NCBI RefSeq assembly: GCF_964204865.1
Contig: NC_135250.1
Span: 13,020,001-13,084,000 of the forward strand
Source: Styela clava
Taxonomy: Eukaryota
Length of the DNA stretch: 64,000 nucleotides
Direction of reading: 5' to 3'
Shown here: piece after piece, positions 62,601-64,000 of the stretch
Layout of the letters: every line of letters begins with the position of its first letter
Position numbering within the stretch: the first letter of the stretch is position 1
The notes under the pieces: model-generated
What the model was told of the DNA's origin: nothing
Seen by the model: only the letters and a program-made list of their open reading frames with translations
Database searches by the model: none
Program-made: the position numbers and the translations under genes

Positions 62601-63768
62601 TAGCTCATAAAATTGAAATGGATAAGACTATACCACATCCATGAAAATATTGGATGCACATATACATATAGAATCTACAAGAGCATTCTCACATTATCAA
62701 CAAAGCAATCTGCTAATTGGTTTTTAAACATTCTATGACAGCAAACCAAACAAAACCATCTTTTCGTAAAATAACAAATTAGGGTTTCATTATCAGTGAT
62801 TCTTTCTTGTTTGTTTTTCAATTCACATACGTGACAAACCTCACGACAGTATTACCCAGTACTCAATGAAAATTTATAGGACAATGCTACTAGATATGAA
62901 ACGAAACCAAATAAGGCAGAGGTAATAGATCGCTTGAATGAAGGTTTAGAACCCAAAGCACAATTTCATTATAGGTAAACAGCTGATATATCATTAATTG
63001 AAAAACTTATTTTTTTTTAATAATTAATAATTATTGTGGATAAGGGAGAAAAATATAACATTTTATGAATGTTTGTCACTAGCTCGGAAAATTCAAATTT
63101 TATATATCATTACACAAACATTCATGCAAACACAAGTGTACTAGAGTAGTGATTTTCAACTGGTGCTCTGCGAAAGATTTTGTTCTGGGCCAAATTGTTA
63201 TGAGAAACTGAGTACTTGAATTATGGTTCTATTCAGCATTTTGTGGTCTGACCTTGGAAAAACTCTTAATCGCACTTAGCTCTTTGTAGATTTGGACCAG
63301 AATTTTATTTGGGTCTTATTCCAACTTGAGCACAAACTATTGGCCTTTTTGCTGTTTCGTTTTCGTGTCAATACTCATTGAGGTGAATATTATTTAATTA
63401 GACATTTTTCGCGAAAAATTTGAAATTTCCATTTGGTGTTCCAAAAATAATGAGTTAAAAATCACTTTACTAGAGGCATGATATCGCAAGTGTTTTGCGA
63501 TAAGTGTTCGATGGGTTTGTGAGTCTAACAACATTAGAGATATTCGCTAATTCTTTCTCATATCTACTACCTGAATATATAAACTATTTTTATGAAATTA
63601 ATAATTAATACCATTTCCCAAATAACTTGCATCAGAATGAGATAGTGAGTTACAGATGATGGTCCATCATTCTCTTTTGACAACAACATTTTAATATAAG
63701 ACAGGAAGTCTGATGCTGAACCAGAACCAGACAATTTAATTTCGCACCATTTGTTCGTCATTTTTTCA
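35677..63768 (-). CDS. Very large multi-C2H2 zinc-finger protein of the RLF/ZNF292/ZNF654 family; 26 exons in window, >3,900 aa, 5' end probably beyond the window
   Basis: Exons 63627-63768, 62106-62243, 61666-61787, 60365-60519, 59593-59735, 59053-59213, 56478-58235, 54042-55882, 53178-53589, 51940-52057, 51100-51243, 50616-50725, 49884-50022, 47480-49321, 46048-46961, 45348-45524, 44734-44815, 41953-44311, 41338-41513, 40134-40282, 39527-39631, 38905-39022, 38168-38233, 37758-37834, 37029-37158, 35677-35973 join with consistent phases (11875 nt). Dispersed C2H2 fingers include CPIGDCGRIFQHKHTIVAHIKFRH, CHICGRLMANGFALACHMRKKH, CWLCK|DGFKRLDNYISHIIFH and CDFPGCLYAFR|TEEELDTHQLLH. N-terminal exons resemble the ZNF292/RLF conserved helical domain. 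Confidence 0.8.
36034..36486. mobile_element. hAT-type MITE (family shared with 41641-41911)
   Basis: gttctcaaac..G-run..cttgacaaattctaaaaag..tttgagaaccactg; internal identity with 41641-41911. Confidence 0.68.
36660..36922 (-). mobile_element. tRNA-derived SINE family copy (degenerate)
   Basis: Reverse complement of the family core (ccaccatcaagtccatg..atccatacccaacatggactggtaac) and tail. Confidence 0.7.
38403..38628 (+). mobile_element. tRNA-derived SINE family copy (internally deleted)
   Basis: Head tgtggcgtatcgtgctaag, core cgctggtcggttacggc..caccatcaagtcca, tail ataaatatgtaaatcctatcct. Confidence 0.75.
39244..39459. mobile_element. Diverged copy of the CAGGGTGGTCGCTAG MITE family
   Basis: ta|cagggtggtcactagaaaaac ... 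gtttttctagcgatcaccccg. Confidence 0.7.
39686..39990 (+). mobile_element. tRNA-derived SINE family copy (~300 bp)
   Basis: A-box-like TGGCGCATGG, B-box GTTCGAATCC, shared core, and 3' end ggataaatatgtaaatcttatcctatcct. Confidence 0.8.
41641..41911. mobile_element. hAT-type MITE (family shared with 36034-36486)
   Basis: cagtggttctcaaac ... gtttgagaacccca; shares aataaaacata..gctag..aggtggg..cttgacaaattctaaaaag with the other copy. Confidence 0.68.
44156..44216. repeat. Perfect 30-bp coding tandem repeat (PLAIHHSTVS x2)
   Basis: tgacacagtgctgtgatgtatggccaatgg occurs twice, in frame. Confidence 0.9.
44885..45218 (+). mobile_element. tRNA-derived SINE family copy (diverged)
   Basis: Same head, core (caccatcaagtc..taactaatcccatacc) and tail (cccccgggataaatatg). 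Confidence 0.72.
49471..49780 (+). mobile_element. tRNA-derived SINE family copy
   Basis: tgtggcgcatcgtgccaagcg, B-box ggttcgaatc, shared core and tail. Confidence 0.8.
52190..52534. repeat. Recent tandem duplication, two ~174-bp units, intronic
   Basis: gagatgctgaattgaaaaattggctatg...tcaggtcatgaacca occurs at 52190-52360 and 52364-52534 with only a few substitutions. Confidence 0.92.
59945..60221 (-). mobile_element. tRNA-derived SINE family copy
   Basis: Reverse-complement copy: ataggatttacatattta at the low end, gcttagcaagatgcaccac at the high end. Confidence 0.78.
63147..63467. mobile_element. hAT-type MITE with perfect 8-bp TSD
   Basis: TACTAGAG|tagtgattttcaac ... gttaaaaatcactt|TACTAGAG. 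Confidence 0.8.
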
Positions 63769-64000
63769 CTGTAATAAAATAACACAGTTTAACAATGAAA
63801 AAAAATTACCATCTATATTTTGTCACATAAGTTTATATGTCGATAAGTAGTGATATAATCTTATATGAGAATAGGTAGCATTAGGTTAACCATGATTTTT
63901 TAAAGGGCAGTGAAATAATCTTATATTATAAACTTATCAAAATACTAAGATTCCAAAAAAGACAATATTCAATGATGTTGACTGACCAGAAAAACTCTGT

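Overview
AT-rich, intron-dense animal genomic DNA with no prokaryotic features. Short introns and the repeat content suggest a compact invertebrate genome, possibly an ascidian; this is inference only. I reconstructed three spliced genes by hand and checked reading-frame phase at every junction. (1) A KLHL10-like BTB-BACK-Kelch gene, + strand, 1724-8791, 13 exons, ~650 aa. (2) A convergent type-I membrane protein gene, - strand, 30406-9151, 21 exons, ~878 aa, with architecture signal peptide-CUB-15xEGF-CCP/sushi-TM-very short tail. (3) A very large (>3,900 aa, 5'-incomplete) C2H2 zinc-finger gene, - strand, >63768-35677, 26 exons in the window, whose N-terminal exons match the conserved RLF/ZNF292/ZNF654 domain. 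A near full-length two-ORF L2/CR1-group LINE lies in the intron between the last EGF exon and the sushi/TM exons. It appears to have inserted into a SINE and has an in-frame deletion in RT motif A. Introns and intergenic DNA also hold a tRNA-derived SINE family (6 near-complete copies plus 1 head), several hAT MITEs with 8-bp TSDs, TA-flanked Tc1/mariner-type MITEs, and tandem duplications. The most notable signals are the modular CUB-EGF15-CCP receptor with recently triplicated exons, five frame-supported GC splice donors among 57 introns, and the invertebrate ZNF292/RLF-family homolog. Novelty cannot be established without database searches.
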